Shown: piece by piece, positions 44,095 through 54,685 of the stretch
How the letters are laid out: every line of letters begins with the position of its first letter
How positions within the stretch are numbered: position 1 is the first letter of the stretch
Assembly: GCA_965220085.1 (NCBI GenBank)
Contig: CBDCOZ010000003.1
Coordinates: forward strand, 128,001-192,000
Source of the DNA: Candidatus Oxydemutatoraceae bacterium
Lineage (GTDB): Bacteria; Pseudomonadota; Gammaproteobacteria; Poriferisulfidales; Oxydemutatoraceae
Reading direction: 5' to 3'
DNA: 64,000 bases
Translations under genes and position numbers: made by a program
The notes under the pieces: generated by a model
Told to the model about the DNA's origin: nothing
What the model saw: the letters and a program-made list of their open reading frames with translations, nothing else
Databases searched by the model: none

Positions 44095-45384
44095 CTAGCC
44101 GCCGACGGTTACGATGATCAGATTGTCGGGGTCAATGCGGCGCTTGATGGCATCCGCGACCATCGCCGGGGTGACTTGCCCGACGCGCTCGGCATATGTG
44201 TCAAGGTAGTCATAGCCGAGGTTGAAGAACGTGATGCGTCCGACCCATGTTGCGATGCTTTTGTTATCGCCGATTCTGAGCGGGAAGCCGCCGCGCACAT
44301 TGTCTTTTGACAGGGACAGCTCTTCTGCGGCGATGCTTTTTTCGTGCCAGTCTCTGAGCATGGCAAGGACGAGTTCTGTCGCGTCGGCGGCTTGCTCGGT
44401 TTGGGTCTGGAAGTTGATCGCGAAGGCGCCGTTCTCGCGCTGCGGGACGAAATAGCTCCAGATGCTGTAGACATAGCCGCGCTTCTTGCGCACTTCGTCG
44501 AGCAGGCGGGAGCCGAACCCGCTGCCGCCGAGGGCGTGGTTGCCAAGATACAGCGGGAAGTAATCGGCGTCGTTAAAACGCATGCCGGTGTGGCCGATAT
44601 AAACATGCGATTGGGCGGAGTCAAACGGTATGCGGATGTTTTGCGCTTTGCCCGGCGCGACCGGCGGCAGCGGCGGCGCTTTGGCGCCTTGCGGCAGGGC
44701 GGCGGAAATTTGTGCCGCAATCTTTTCGGCCTCGGCGCGCGAGATATCGCCGACCAGCGTGATAACCGCATTTTGCGCCGTGAAGTAGCGCTGATAAAAC
44801 GCCCGCAATTTCTGCGCCGTCAGCGTTCGCACCGTGTCCGCTTCGCCGTTGACCGGATGCGCGTAGGGGTGGTCGCCGTACAGCGCCCGGTAGAATGCGA
44901 TGCTTGCCAGCCGGTCGGGTCTTTGCGCGCGTTTTTTGATGCTGGTGAGTTCCTGATTGATGAGCCGTCGCAATGCTTTGCCTGGAAAGTCGGGTTTGGT
45001 CAGGACGGCGGCGAAAGTCTCCAGCGCCGGCGCGAGGTATGCGCTGTCGCTGAGGCTGCGCAACGACACATTTGCGGTGTCTTTGCCGACTCCGGTTGCG
45101 AACTGCGCGCCGATGGCATCAAGCCGTTTGGCGATCTCATCCGCGCTCAGACCGTCGGCGCCTTGCTCTAACATGGCGGCCGTGAGGTTCGCAAGACCGT
45201 GGTCGTCGCCGTCTCTGGCGCTGCCGCCGTCAAACATGACCGCAAGGTCGAGCATCGGCAATGCGGGACTGTGCACATAGCCGACGCGAGCGCCCTGCGG
45301 CGTGGTCCAGTGTTGTATCTCAAACGCGCCGGCGGCGCTTGCAAACGCCGCGAACAGGATCAGCGATATGGCGCGGCAAACCAT
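44095..45384 (-). CDS. M16 peptidase, non-catalytic subunit
   Basis: Signal peptide, pitrilysin-type motifs, LGGSGFGSRL, no HXXEH. Confidence 0.88.
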   Translation of the reverse strand: MVCRAISLILFAAFASAAGAFEIQHWTTPQGARVGYVHSPALPMLDLAVMFDGGSARDGDDHGLANLTAAMLEQGADGLSADEIAKRLDAIGAQFATGVGKDTANVSLRSLSDSAYLAPALETFAAVLTKPDFPGKALRRLINQELTSIKKRAQRPDRLASIAFYRALYGDHPYAHPVNGEADTVRTLTAQKLRAFYQRYFTAQNAVITLVGDISRAEAEKIAAQISAALPQGAKAPPLPPVAPGKAQNIRIPFDSAQSHVYIGHTGMRFNDADYFPLYLGNHALGGSGFGSRLLDEVRKKRGYVYSIWSYFVPQRENGAFAINFQTQTEQAADATELVLAMLRDWHEKSIAAEELSLSKDNVRGGFPLRIGDNKSIATWVGRITFFNLGYDYLDTYAERVGQVTPAMVADAIKRRIDPDNLIIVTVGG

Positions 45385-46751
45385 TACTTTTTTTGCGGCG
45401 CTTGCGGCGAAAGGATCGCAACCGAGCGGTTGTGCGCGGAGAAATAACGGCGCGCGACTTCCATGACCTGTCGCGGGGTGATGCGCTCAATCCTCTCGCG
45501 CAACTTAAACAGCTCTTCCCAGCCGACGCCGATCACTTCCAGACTGCCGAGCATATACGCCTGATGGCGGATGGAGTCGCGGCGGAATACTTCCTGCGCG
45601 ATTATTCCGGCTTTGACGGTCGCCAGTTCTTCGTCGCTGACCGGATGCTCGCGCAACTTTTGCAACTCGTTTTCTATTCCTTGTTCCAGGCGTTTGATGT
45701 CGGCGCCGACCACGGGCGCGGCATTGATGTAAAACAGGTCGTCGTAACGGTTGTACGGGCTGTAAGAGACACCGACATATTGCGCCAGTTCTGCGCCGCG
45801 CACCAGCGAGCGATTGAAGCGCGCGCTACGGCTGCCGCCGAGGATGTCGGCCAACACCCAGAGCGCGTACGGGTGCCACTCCGTCGCTGCGGCGCCGGCG
45901 CGCGGCGCGCGATAGCCGACGGCAAAGTGCGGCTGTGTCGCCGGTATCTCAAGCGCTATGCGTCTCTCGCCTTGTTGCGCGGATTCGTTGCGCTTGCGGT
46001 ATGCGGGCAGCGGGCGGGCGGGGATGTGACCAAAGTATTTTTGCGCTAAGGCATATACTTCATCGGCGTTGACATCGCCGACAACGACGATGGTCGCATT
46101 GTTCGGTGCGTACCAGTTGTCATACCAGACCGCCAAATCGTTGAGCGAAATATTGGTAATGTCATCCATCCAACCGATAATCGGGTTTTGGTAGGGCGAG
46201 TTATCAAGTGCGACACTGAACAGTTGCTCGCGCAGTCTTGATTCGGGTTTGTCCTCAACGCGCCAGCGGCGCTCCTCTTCGACCACCTTGCGTTCTTTTG
46301 CCAAGTCCCCGGGTTTTAGAATCAGGTTAATCATGCGGTCGGATTCCAACTCAAAGCTGACCGGCAAGCGGCTTTTTTCAAACACCTGAAAGTACGCCGT
46401 ATAGTCGTGACCGGTGAAGGCATTATCACGCCCGCCGTAACGCTTGATCGTGCGTGTGAATTCATCGCCGGAATAGTTGGCAGTGCCTTTGAACATCATG
46501 TGTTCCAACAGATGGGATATGCCGGTGATGCCGAGGTGTTCGTCCGCCGAACCGACACGATACCAGACTTGTGATACAACCAACGGTGCGCGGTGGTCTT
46601 CGTTGACTAGCAGCTTAAGGCCGTTATCCAATTCAAACTCGCTGACGCCATGGGCGTGTTTGGCTTGTGTCGTACTTGTCGGCTGATGTGCGCACGCAAC
46701 CAGCGCCAGTGCGATTGCGAGTGCCGAAGCAAAGATTGTCATTTTTTTCAC
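45384..46751 (-). CDS. M16 peptidase, catalytic subunit (probable lipoprotein)
   Basis: HLLEHMMFKGT, NAFT, WYAPNNA; LVAC lipobox. Confidence 0.92.
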   Translation of the reverse strand: MKKMTIFASALAIALALVACAHQPTSTTQAKHAHGVSEFELDNGLKLLVNEDHRAPLVVSQVWYRVGSADEHLGITGISHLLEHMMFKGTANYSGDEFTRTIKRYGGRDNAFTGHDYTAYFQVFEKSRLPVSFELESDRMINLILKPGDLAKERKVVEEERRWRVEDKPESRLREQLFSVALDNSPYQNPIIGWMDDITNISLNDLAVWYDNWYAPNNATIVVVGDVNADEVYALAQKYFGHIPARPLPAYRKRNESAQQGERRIALEIPATQPHFAVGYRAPRAGAAATEWHPYALWVLADILGGSRSARFNRSLVRGAELAQYVGVSYSPYNRYDDLFYINAAPVVGADIKRLEQGIENELQKLREHPVSDEELATVKAGIIAQEVFRRDSIRHQAYMLGSLEVIGVGWEELFKLRERIERITPRQVMEVARRYFSAHNRSVAILSPQAPQKK

Positions 46752-46908
46752 TGTGCTGCTTGCTTGTCAAACAAGACTGGAATTGTATACTGAAATTGCC
46801 GTTTTGTGCGAAGGATTATGGCGGCGTATGCCCGGATTTGCCGTCAGCGCAAGCGCTGTTTAGAATATATAAGCCTCCGTGCGGGGGATGTTGACAAGGT
46901 AGTATGCA

Positions 46909-47412
46909 ATGAATCGCCATATGAACAGGTTGCTCTGTTGTTTGCTCGCGTTGCTTTTGTGCGGCGGCGCGGGCGCCGGGCAGAAGGAATTGCCGCAAGT
47001 GGATTTGATTCTCGTTGAGAAGGCGAAGCGCAAGTTGCACCTGATGCGCTACTGGCAGCCGGTACGTTCGTTTGATATTTCTCTCGGCGGGTCTCCGGTC
47101 GGACACAAGCAGCGCGAAGGCGATTCGCGCACTCCGGAGGGTTTTTATGAGATTACCTATCGCAACCCCGACAGCAGGTTCTTTCGCTCTCTGCGCATCT
47201 CTTATCCCGATGATCTCGACCGTCGCTTTGCCGCCGCCAAGGGATACCATCCGGGCGCGCACATTATGATTCACGGCGAGCCCAACAATCAGGCGGCGCG
47301 ACAGAACCTCGCTGCGGATTGGACGGATGGTTGTATCGCGTTGCGCAACCGGGATATGGCGGTTGTGTGGGAGTTGGTGAAGGAAGGCACTCCGATCATT
47401 ATTGACCCGTAG
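46909..47412 (+). CDS. L,D-transpeptidase (YkuD) family protein
   Basis: EGDSRTPEG.Y, ISYP, IMIHG, WTDGCIAL. Confidence 0.9.
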   Translation: MNRHMNRLLCCLLALLLCGGAGAGQKELPQVDLILVEKAKRKLHLMRYWQPVRSFDISLGGSPVGHKQREGDSRTPEGFYEITYRNPDSRFFRSLRISYPDDLDRRFAAAKGYHPGAHIMIHGEPNNQAARQNLAADWTDGCIALRNRDMAVVWELVKEGTPIIIDP

Positions 47413-47667
47413 GGCTTGGCTGCGGTTATTTCCAAGGGGAAACAATAGTCCCTAAAATCATCTCGGCGAACTTTGTTCGCCGGAGAGGGGGAGCGCTTGC
47501 GCGAACATACTCTCCCCTTGTGGGGGAGTCGGCGAACCAAGGGCGAAGCCCGCAGGTTGCCGGAGAGGGGGCAAGCTGCCGGCTTTCTCGGTGAGAGTGT
47601 TAGTTAGTGCGAGGGGTTCTCCCGCGAGGGGAGAGCGGTGGTTAGCGCGGTCGGTTGCGGGCGCTGG

Positions 47668-48636
47668 TTACGTTCGCAGATTATCCTGATTTTCCTTAAA
47701 CCACTGACAGGTAGAATGTATCCCGTCGGCAAACGCAATAGACGGTTGCCACCCCAGTTCTCGTAGCAGGGAGATATCAAGCAACTTGCGCGGCGCGCCG
47801 CCGGGCATGGCGGTGTCAAACCGGATTTCGCCGTTGAAAGAAAACTCATTGGCAATGATTTGTGCGCACTCCGCAATGGTCATGTCTTTGCCCGAGCCGA
47901 TATTGATGTGCGAGTTCATCGGGTTGACCCGTTGCCAGTATGTTTCCGGTTCAACGGACAGGATGTGCAGGCACGCAGCGGCGAGGTCATCAACATGTAA
48001 AAAGTCCCGCCGCGCTTTTCCATCGCCCCAGATGGAAACATCGGGGCTGCCGTCACGGGTTGCTTCGTAGAAGCGGCGAATCAGCGCCGGTATCACGTGG
48101 CTGTTTTTGGGATGGAAGTAATCGCCCGGGCCGTAAAGATTGGTCGGCATCAGGGTCCGGTAATCGGTTTTGTACTGGCGGTTATACGATTCGCACATCT
48201 TTATGCCCGCAATTTTGGCAATCGCATACGGCTCGTTGGTCGGCTCTAACTTGCCCGCAAGCAGTTGGTCTTCGCTCATCGGCTGCGGGGTGATGCGCGG
48301 GTATATGCAAGAACTGCCGTGAAAGAGCAGGCGTTTGACGCCGGCCCGCCAGGCGCCGTGAATCAGGTTGTTTTGTATCATCAGGTTGTCGTAGATGAAG
48401 TCGGCCGGAAATGCGGAGTTGGCGTAAATCCCGCCGACTTTCGCCGCCGCGATAATGACATAATCTATTTGCGTGTCAGCATAGAACGCTTCTGCTTGTT
48501 GTTGCGAGCGGAGGTCCAACTCGGCGCGGGCGGTCGTGATGATGTTTTGACAGCCGCAGGCTTCGAGGGCGCGGCGGATGGCGCTTCCGACCATGCCGCG
48601 CGCTCCGGCAAGATAAACGGATTTGTCTTCAAACAT
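47668..48636 (-). CDS. fcl: GDP-L-fucose synthase
   Basis: [38 protein letters not shown]. Confidence 0.95.
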   Translation of the reverse strand: MFEDKSVYLAGARGMVGSAIRRALEACGCQNIITTARAELDLRSQQQAEAFYADTQIDYVIIAAAKVGGIYANSAFPADFIYDNLMIQNNLIHGAWRAGVKRLLFHGSSCIYPRITPQPMSEDQLLAGKLEPTNEPYAIAKIAGIKMCESYNRQYKTDYRTLMPTNLYGPGDYFHPKNSHVIPALIRRFYEATRDGSPDVSIWGDGKARRDFLHVDDLAAACLHILSVEPETYWQRVNPMNSHINIGSGKDMTIAECAQIIANEFSFNGEIRFDTAMPGGAPRKLLDISLLRELGWQPSIAFADGIHSTCQWFKENQDNLRT

Positions 48637-49693
48637 CCTTTTTGCTTGCTTTGCTCTTGGCGGCGGCGAGGTCGCTTTCCGTCATCTCATCGACCAACTC
48701 GTCAAAGCTGACTCGCGGTTGCCAGCCGAGTTGTTGCCGCGCTTTTGCCGCATCGCCGTGCAGGCTTTCTACTTCGGCGGGGCGAAAGTAGCGCGCGTCC
48801 ACTTTGATGACCGCGCGGTTTGTGTTGCGGTCTATGCCTTGCTCGTCAACGCCTTCGCCTTGCCACTCGATGTCCATGTCCATGCGCTTTGCCACCGCCG
48901 CGACAAACTCGCGCACCGAATATTGCTCGCCGGTGGCGATGACAAAGTCATCGGGCTTGTCTTGTTGCAGGATGAGCCACTGCGCCTCGACGTAATCGCG
49001 CGCGTGTCCCCAATCGCGCCGGGCGTTCAGGTTGCCGAGGCACACGCTTTCTTGCAGGCCGTATTTGATGCGCGCGAGGCCGCGGGTGATTTTGCGGGTG
49101 ACAAATGTCTCGCCCCGGCGCGGCGATTCGTGGTTGAACAGGATGCCGTTGCAGGCAAATATCCCATAGGCGTCGCGGTAGATCGAGCATATCCAGTATG
49201 CGTAGGCTTTGGCGGCCGCATACGGGGAGCGGGGGGAAAACGGGGAGTTCTCGTTTTGCATTTTGTCGCAGGTGTCGCCGTATAGCTCCGAGGTCGAGGC
49301 TTGGTAGTAGCGGATGTTTTTTTGCTTGTCCAGCGTGCGGATCGCTTCCAACAGACGCAAGGGCCCGAGCGCATCCGAGTCGGCGGTGTATTCGGGTTCT
49401 TCAAACGAAACCGCCACATGGGATTGGGCGGCAAGGTTGTAGACTTCGTCGGGCTGTGTTTTTTCCAGAATGTGTATCAGGCTGCTTGAGTCGGTCATGT
49501 CGCCGTGGTGGAGGCGGAAGTCATAACCGCGGTTGTCTTCGTCGTTGAAGATGTGGTCAATGCGCTTGGTGTTGAACGAGGAAGCGCGTCGTTTTATGCC
49601 GTGAACACGGTATCCTTTTTTGAGCAGGAACTCGGCCAGATAGGAGCCGTCCTGACCGGTCACACCGGTAATTAAAGCGCACCGCTTGGACAT
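48629..49693 (-). CDS. gmd: GDP-mannose 4,6-dehydratase
   Basis: [37 protein letters not shown]. Confidence 0.97.
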   Translation of the reverse strand: MSKRCALITGVTGQDGSYLAEFLLKKGYRVHGIKRRASSFNTKRIDHIFNDEDNRGYDFRLHHGDMTDSSSLIHILEKTQPDEVYNLAAQSHVAVSFEEPEYTADSDALGPLRLLEAIRTLDKQKNIRYYQASTSELYGDTCDKMQNENSPFSPRSPYAAAKAYAYWICSIYRDAYGIFACNGILFNHESPRRGETFVTRKITRGLARIKYGLQESVCLGNLNARRDWGHARDYVEAQWLILQQDKPDDFVIATGEQYSVREFVAAVAKRMDMDIEWQGEGVDEQGIDRNTNRAVIKVDARYFRPAEVESLHGDAAKARQQLGWQPRVSFDELVDEMTESDLAAAKSKASKKDV

Positions 49694-49815
49694 TTTTGTC
49701 GGATAATAAAGAAGCTATGATGCAATTAAAAGCGGTGCGATTATATCATGCTTATTCTGGTATGCTATGGTTTGGTTGTCGGCGTGCCGCCGATGTTGTT
49801 TGATAGGAGGCGGAA

Positions 49816-50175
49816 ATGACGAGAAATTATGTCGGGATTTATGCGGTGGCGGTTTGCTTTATCGCCGCGGTGGTGCTCAGCGTTACGCTTGCAAAGAGCA
49901 TTTACAATGTGCTTGAGATAAGCGCGCCGGAAATTACGATGCGCGGGCATGTGTATGACCGCTTCCAGAGCAATGAGCGCTTCCTTCGCAGTTGGCCCGA
50001 AGGCAGGCCGGTGCCCGATGCCGCGGAGGCGAAGAGGTTGCGCGAGGAAGGATACCGGATTGCGGTGGCCTCGGAAAAGCGGTCGGGGATACAGGGGCTG
50101 ATTAATTCGCTGATATCGCTGGTTGTGACCGGCATACTCTTTTTCATCCACTGGCGCCTTGTGCGGCGGCGGTAG
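49816..50175 (+). CDS. Two-TM hypothetical membrane protein
   Basis: AGGAGG RBS; two hydrophobic segments; ends FFIHWRL. Confidence 0.7.
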   Translation: MTRNYVGIYAVAVCFIAAVVLSVTLAKSIYNVLEISAPEITMRGHVYDRFQSNERFLRSWPEGRPVPDAAEAKRLREEGYRIAVASEKRSGIQGLINSLISLVVTGILFFIHWRLVRRR

Positions 50176-50204
50176 TTTGTTCGCCCAGAGCAAGGGCCTC
50201 CCTC

Positions 50205-50999
50205 TCACGTGCGGGGACACCCGCACTCGTAGGTAGTGGCTTGTGCTTGCTTATCGCGGGACCCTTTTAATGACCACATCTTTCCTTTTGTTCTTTTTTG
50301 GTCATGAAGATCACCGCCCGCGACCCGATCCCAAAACCGCCCGCCGACAAGTTGCTCAACGTCATATGTTTTTACAAGGTACTTATCCAATTTGCCGCTA
50401 CATTTTTTATTTGGCACCTTGAACGTCCAAAGGCGTAGGGCGCCGTTTCTTCTCTCAGCCAAAACACTTTTAACGAAAGAATGCGGAATCGGAACATCAA
50501 TACCGAGGCCTCCCTCGAGTTCTAATGTTTCAACTTTTTTATTAAAATCAAAGACTGGAGCTGTTAAAACATAGGTTTCAAGCGTATCTTCATCCTCATT
50601 AAGTTTACGAATAGCTTTCTCTAGTTTTAGCCATATCCCCGTATTAAAACTTGGCTTTTGCGGAGACATATTTGATAACAAGAATGTCTCGCTATTTTGC
50701 ACCTCAATTTGATCTTGATTGGCGCTGGCTACAAGATGTCCGCGGTGATAACCGCTATTTTTAAAATGACCTAACCCTGCCCGAAATCGTTCTGGAATTC
50801 GCAAATCGGCTCGGAACATATTCTCGCGTTTCGTCTTCTCATCCATCAGAGGAAGCAGGGGATCAACTATCTCCAGAGCCCATTTGGCCTGCCGGAAATA
50901 CCAACTGTAGCCGATAGTGAAATATCGCCCGGTTAAGATTTGATCGCAAACAGGCGCTCCGTAGCGAAGCTCTCTTTGCATTTGAAATGGATCGTTCAT
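50205..50999 (-). CDS. DNA/RNA non-specific endonuclease (His-Me finger)
   Basis: SGYHRGHL, TFLLSNMSPQ...FN.GIW..LE, IPHSF.K; lower GC. Confidence 0.88.
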   Translation of the reverse strand: MNDPFQMQRELRYGAPVCDQILTGRYFTIGYSWYFRQAKWALEIVDPLLPLMDEKTKRENMFRADLRIPERFRAGLGHFKNSGYHRGHLVASANQDQIEVQNSETFLLSNMSPQKPSFNTGIWLKLEKAIRKLNEDEDTLETYVLTAPVFDFNKKVETLELEGGLGIDVPIPHSFVKSVLAERRNGALRLWTFKVPNKKCSGKLDKYLVKTYDVEQLVGGRFWDRVAGGDLHDQKRTKGKMWSLKGSRDKQAQATTYECGCPRT

Positions 51000-51268
51000 G
51001 TTTGTCCCTCCCGAAAGGTAATATGAATATGCTCTGTATATATCATTTTTCGGGAGTTGTGTAAATAACTGACAGAAATTGCTTGATAATCCCAGATTTT
51101 AACCGTTCTGGGGATTTCTATAAACGGGCTTAATGCGGCCTGTAAGGCTTTATCAAATTGCCCATATAATCCCGATAGCAAAGGGGAGACGCCTCTTGTG
51201 TTATGGTGTATATAATTGTGGGCGGGACAGGCGCAGCCTCCCCGTTTGTTTATAAGCCTTGAATAATA

Positions 51269-52960
51269 ATGTTTGCTAATTTTTTCTCTAAAGAGAGCAT
51301 CGTCGCGCCGCCGGGTTTTAATCGCTGGCGGGTGCCGCCGGCGTCCATGGGCATCCATCTGTGCATCGGTTCTGTTTATGCGTGGAGCATCTACAATCCG
51401 GCGCTGGTAAAAGCGCTGGGGGTGGCGGTCAGTGCGCCGAACGATTGGACGCTCAATGAGGTCGTTTGGATTTTCACCGTATCGATCGTTTCTCTCGGTT
51501 TGGCCGCCGCGTTTGCCGGTCGCTGGCTGGAAGAAGTCGGCCCGCGCACCGTCGGCGTTGTCGCCGCGGTTTGTTGGGGCGGCGGCTATCTTGTCGGCAG
51601 CGCCGGAATCGCATTGCATCAGTTGTGGCTGGTGTATTTGGGCTATGGCGTGATCGGCGGCATCGGCCTTGGCTTGGGCTATGTGTCCCCGGTCAGCACG
51701 CTCATCCGCTGGTTTCCCGACCGCCGCGGCATGGCGACCGGCATGGCCATCATGGGCTTTGGCGGCGGCGCGATGCTGGCGACTCCGCTCAAAGAATATT
51801 TCCTGCAAACCTTTTACAAAGCGCCCGAATACTTGGGCCGCGTCGCCGACCTTGACATCATCACCAAAGAGGGACATCGCTTTGTCGAGGCGGGCGGCGA
51901 GTTGAAGGAGGTCGTCGTCGTCGGTGTTAACGAGGTCGCCAACATGGTGGTGCCGGGAGAGCCCGGCGCGTACTTGTTGGGTTCGGGTTCTGTCGGCGCG
52001 TGGGAGACGTTTTTGTCGATGGGCTTGATTTATTTTGTCGTGATGATAATTGCCGCGCTGAGTTATCGCATACCCGCCAAAGACTGGCGCCCCGAAGGGT
52101 GGATGCCGCCAAGCGATGATGTCGCCAAGAAAAAGATGATGACGCGGGGTTCGGTGGACATAGATCAGGCTTTGAAAACACCGCAGTTTTACCAACTTTG
52201 GATAGTCCTGTGCTTCAATGTGACCGCCGGTATCGGCGTCATCGGCGTAGCAAAAACGATGATGACCGAGATTTTCGGTTCCACATTGCCGTCGCTGGTC
52301 GATAGCGCGTTTGCCGCCGCCTATGTGTTGATGATCAGCGTGTTCAATATGGTCGGGCGGATTATCTGGGCGAGTTCGTCGGATTACATAGGGCGTAGAA
52401 ATACGTATTGGATATTTTTTGTCGGCGGGATTATTCTGTACTTGTCTATTCCGTGGACGGCGCAACAGGTCAGCATCACGCCGGCGGTTTTCTATCTGGT
52501 TCTCTTTTATGCCGCGACCATGATTATCTTTACATTCTATGGCGGCGGCTTTGCGACCATCCCCGCCTACCTCGCCGATGTCTTCGGCACCCACCATGTC
52601 GGCGGCATCCACGGCAGGTTGCTGACCGCCTGGAGCACGGCGGGGGTTTTGGGGCCGCTGGCCATCACCAGTTTGCGCCAGAATTCCTTGAACGAGGCGA
52701 TTCACGATTTGGCGCAACAGGTTGATCCGCAAAGGTTTTATCAGGCTTTTGGCGCCCGTGTCGGCGAGTTGGAGTTACTGATTGAGAATAAAGTGGTAAC
52801 ATTGGCTAAACTGCTGGAAATTGCTCCGCCGGGTACGGTTGATCCGACGCCGAGTTTATATAATACGACGATGTACCTGATGGCGTTTTTATTGTTTTTG
52901 GCGTTGATCTCCAATGCGTTTATGCGCCCGGTGGCAAGCAAACATCTGATGCAGAATTAA
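51269..52960 (+). CDS. OFA-family MFS transporter
   Basis: IHLCIGSVYAWS, RWFPDRRGMATG, YGGGFATIPAYLAD.FG. Confidence 0.9.
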   Translation: MFANFFSKESIVAPPGFNRWRVPPASMGIHLCIGSVYAWSIYNPALVKALGVAVSAPNDWTLNEVVWIFTVSIVSLGLAAAFAGRWLEEVGPRTVGVVAAVCWGGGYLVGSAGIALHQLWLVYLGYGVIGGIGLGLGYVSPVSTLIRWFPDRRGMATGMAIMGFGGGAMLATPLKEYFLQTFYKAPEYLGRVADLDIITKEGHRFVEAGGELKEVVVVGVNEVANMVVPGEPGAYLLGSGSVGAWETFLSMGLIYFVVMIIAALSYRIPAKDWRPEGWMPPSDDVAKKKMMTRGSVDIDQALKTPQFYQLWIVLCFNVTAGIGVIGVAKTMMTEIFGSTLPSLVDSAFAAAYVLMISVFNMVGRIIWASSSDYIGRRNTYWIFFVGGIILYLSIPWTAQQVSITPAVFYLVLFYAATMIIFTFYGGGFATIPAYLADVFGTHHVGGIHGRLLTAWSTAGVLGPLAITSLRQNSLNEAIHDLAQQVDPQRFYQAFGARVGELELLIENKVVTLAKLLEIAPPGTVDPTPSLYNTTMYLMAFLLFLALISNAFMRPVASKHLMQN

Positions 52961-52996
52961 ATTTTAGACTTTCCGAACAGGAAAAGGAGGGAAATT

Positions 52997-54508
52997 ATGG
53001 CAGCAACAGCCGAAGTGATCGAATTGAAAACTGGCATCACTCAATTCATCAAAGAACCCAAGAAGATGCTGATTGGCGGCGAGTGGGTCGGCGCAAAGTC
53101 TGGCAAGACTTTTGACGTCGTGAACCCCGCTACCGAAGAGGTCGTCGCCAAAGTCGCGGAAGGCGATGCGGCGGATGTGGATGCGGCGGTGAAAGCCGCG
53201 CGCAAAGCATTTGAGAGCGGCCCTTGGCCGAGCATGAGCCCGTCCGATCGCGGTCGTTTGATTCATAGAATCGGCGACCGGATACTGGAGCGTCTGGAGG
53301 AATTTGCCGAACTCGAGTCGCTGGACAACGGTAAGCCCATTACCATTGCCCGCGTCGCCGATGTTCCGCTATCTGCCGACATGTTCCACTACATGAGCGG
53401 ATGGACGACTAAAATGCACGGTCAGACCATCCCGATTTCGGTGTTGTACACGCCGGGCGCGCAATATCATTCGTATACGCGTCCCGAGCCTGTCGGCGTC
53501 GTCGGGCAGATCATTCCGTGGAACTTCCCGCTGTTGATGGCGGCGTGGAAGCTGGCGCCGGCTCTGGCGACCGGTTGCACGGTGGTGCTCAAAGTCGCGG
53601 AGGAAACTCCGTTGTCGGCGCTGTTGCTCGGCGAAGTGCTGCAGGAAGTCGGCTTGCCCGAGGGCGTGGTCAATATCGTGACCGGCTTTGGCGAGACGGC
53701 GGGCGCGGCGGTGGCTTCTCATCCGGATGTGGACAAAGTCGCTTTCACCGGTTCTACCGAAGTGGGGCGCTTGATCGTCAAGGCGGCGGCAAAGGATTTG
53801 CGCAAAGTCTCTCTGGAGTTGGGCGGCAAATCGCCGAACATCGTGTTGGGGGATGCCGATCTTGAGACCGCAATCCCCGGCGCGGCGAATGCTATCTTCT
53901 TTAATCACGGGCAGTGTTGCGCGGCCGGTTCGCGTTTGTATGCGGACAAGAAAATCTTTGACAAGGTGGTCGAAGGCGTGGCCGATGCGGCATCCAAGAT
54001 CAAGGTCGGTCCCGGGCTGAACCCCGATACCGAAATGGGCCCGATGGTTTCCAAGGTGCAGCACGATCGCGTGTCGGGCTATCTGGATTCCGGTCTGTCC
54101 GAGGGCGCGAAAGCCGCCAGCGGAGGCGGGAAGAAAGCCGGCGACGGCTACTTCATCGAGCCGACTGTTTTGGTGGACACCAACCCCGACATGAAAGTGG
54201 TTCGCGAGGAGATATTCGGGCCGGTGGTCACGGCGTCTCCGTGTGACGGCTTTGATGACAAGTTGGTGGAGGAAGCCAACGCGACCATCTATGGTCTGGC
54301 AGCCGGAATCTGGACGAATGATCTTGCCAAGGCGCATTCGCTTGCGGCAAAAATTCGTTCCGGCACCGTGTGGGTCAACTGCTACAACATCTTTGATTCG
54401 GCATTGCCGTTCGGCGGCTATAAGCAGTCGGGCTGGGGCCGCGAGATGGGCGAAGCGGTGCTTGAGAACTACACCGAGACCAAAGCGGTTACGATCAATC
54501 TGAGCTGA
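52997..54508 (+). CDS. NAD-dependent aldehyde dehydrogenase
   Basis: PWNFP, FTGSTEVG, LELGGKSP, GQCCAAG, EEIFGP, PFGGYKQSG. Confidence 0.95.
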   Translation: MAATAEVIELKTGITQFIKEPKKMLIGGEWVGAKSGKTFDVVNPATEEVVAKVAEGDAADVDAAVKAARKAFESGPWPSMSPSDRGRLIHRIGDRILERLEEFAELESLDNGKPITIARVADVPLSADMFHYMSGWTTKMHGQTIPISVLYTPGAQYHSYTRPEPVGVVGQIIPWNFPLLMAAWKLAPALATGCTVVLKVAEETPLSALLLGEVLQEVGLPEGVVNIVTGFGETAGAAVASHPDVDKVAFTGSTEVGRLIVKAAAKDLRKVSLELGGKSPNIVLGDADLETAIPGAANAIFFNHGQCCAAGSRLYADKKIFDKVVEGVADAASKIKVGPGLNPDTEMGPMVSKVQHDRVSGYLDSGLSEGAKAASGGGKKAGDGYFIEPTVLVDTNPDMKVVREEIFGPVVTASPCDGFDDKLVEEANATIYGLAAGIWTNDLAKAHSLAAKIRSGTVWVNCYNIFDSALPFGGYKQSGWGREMGEAVLENYTETKAVTINLS

Positions 54509-54685
54509 TTGCCCGAGGCGGGGGGCGCATCGTTGCGCAAGCGATACAGGCACACCGCACTGCGCGGTGTGCCGCCCTTTCGCAGTCGCTCCTTTGATCG
54601 GGAGCGGCGAAGGCGCCCGCCCGCACCGGCGCGATCAAGCGGAGTGACAGACCGTTAACGGGCGATTCCCCGAATACTTGCGACC

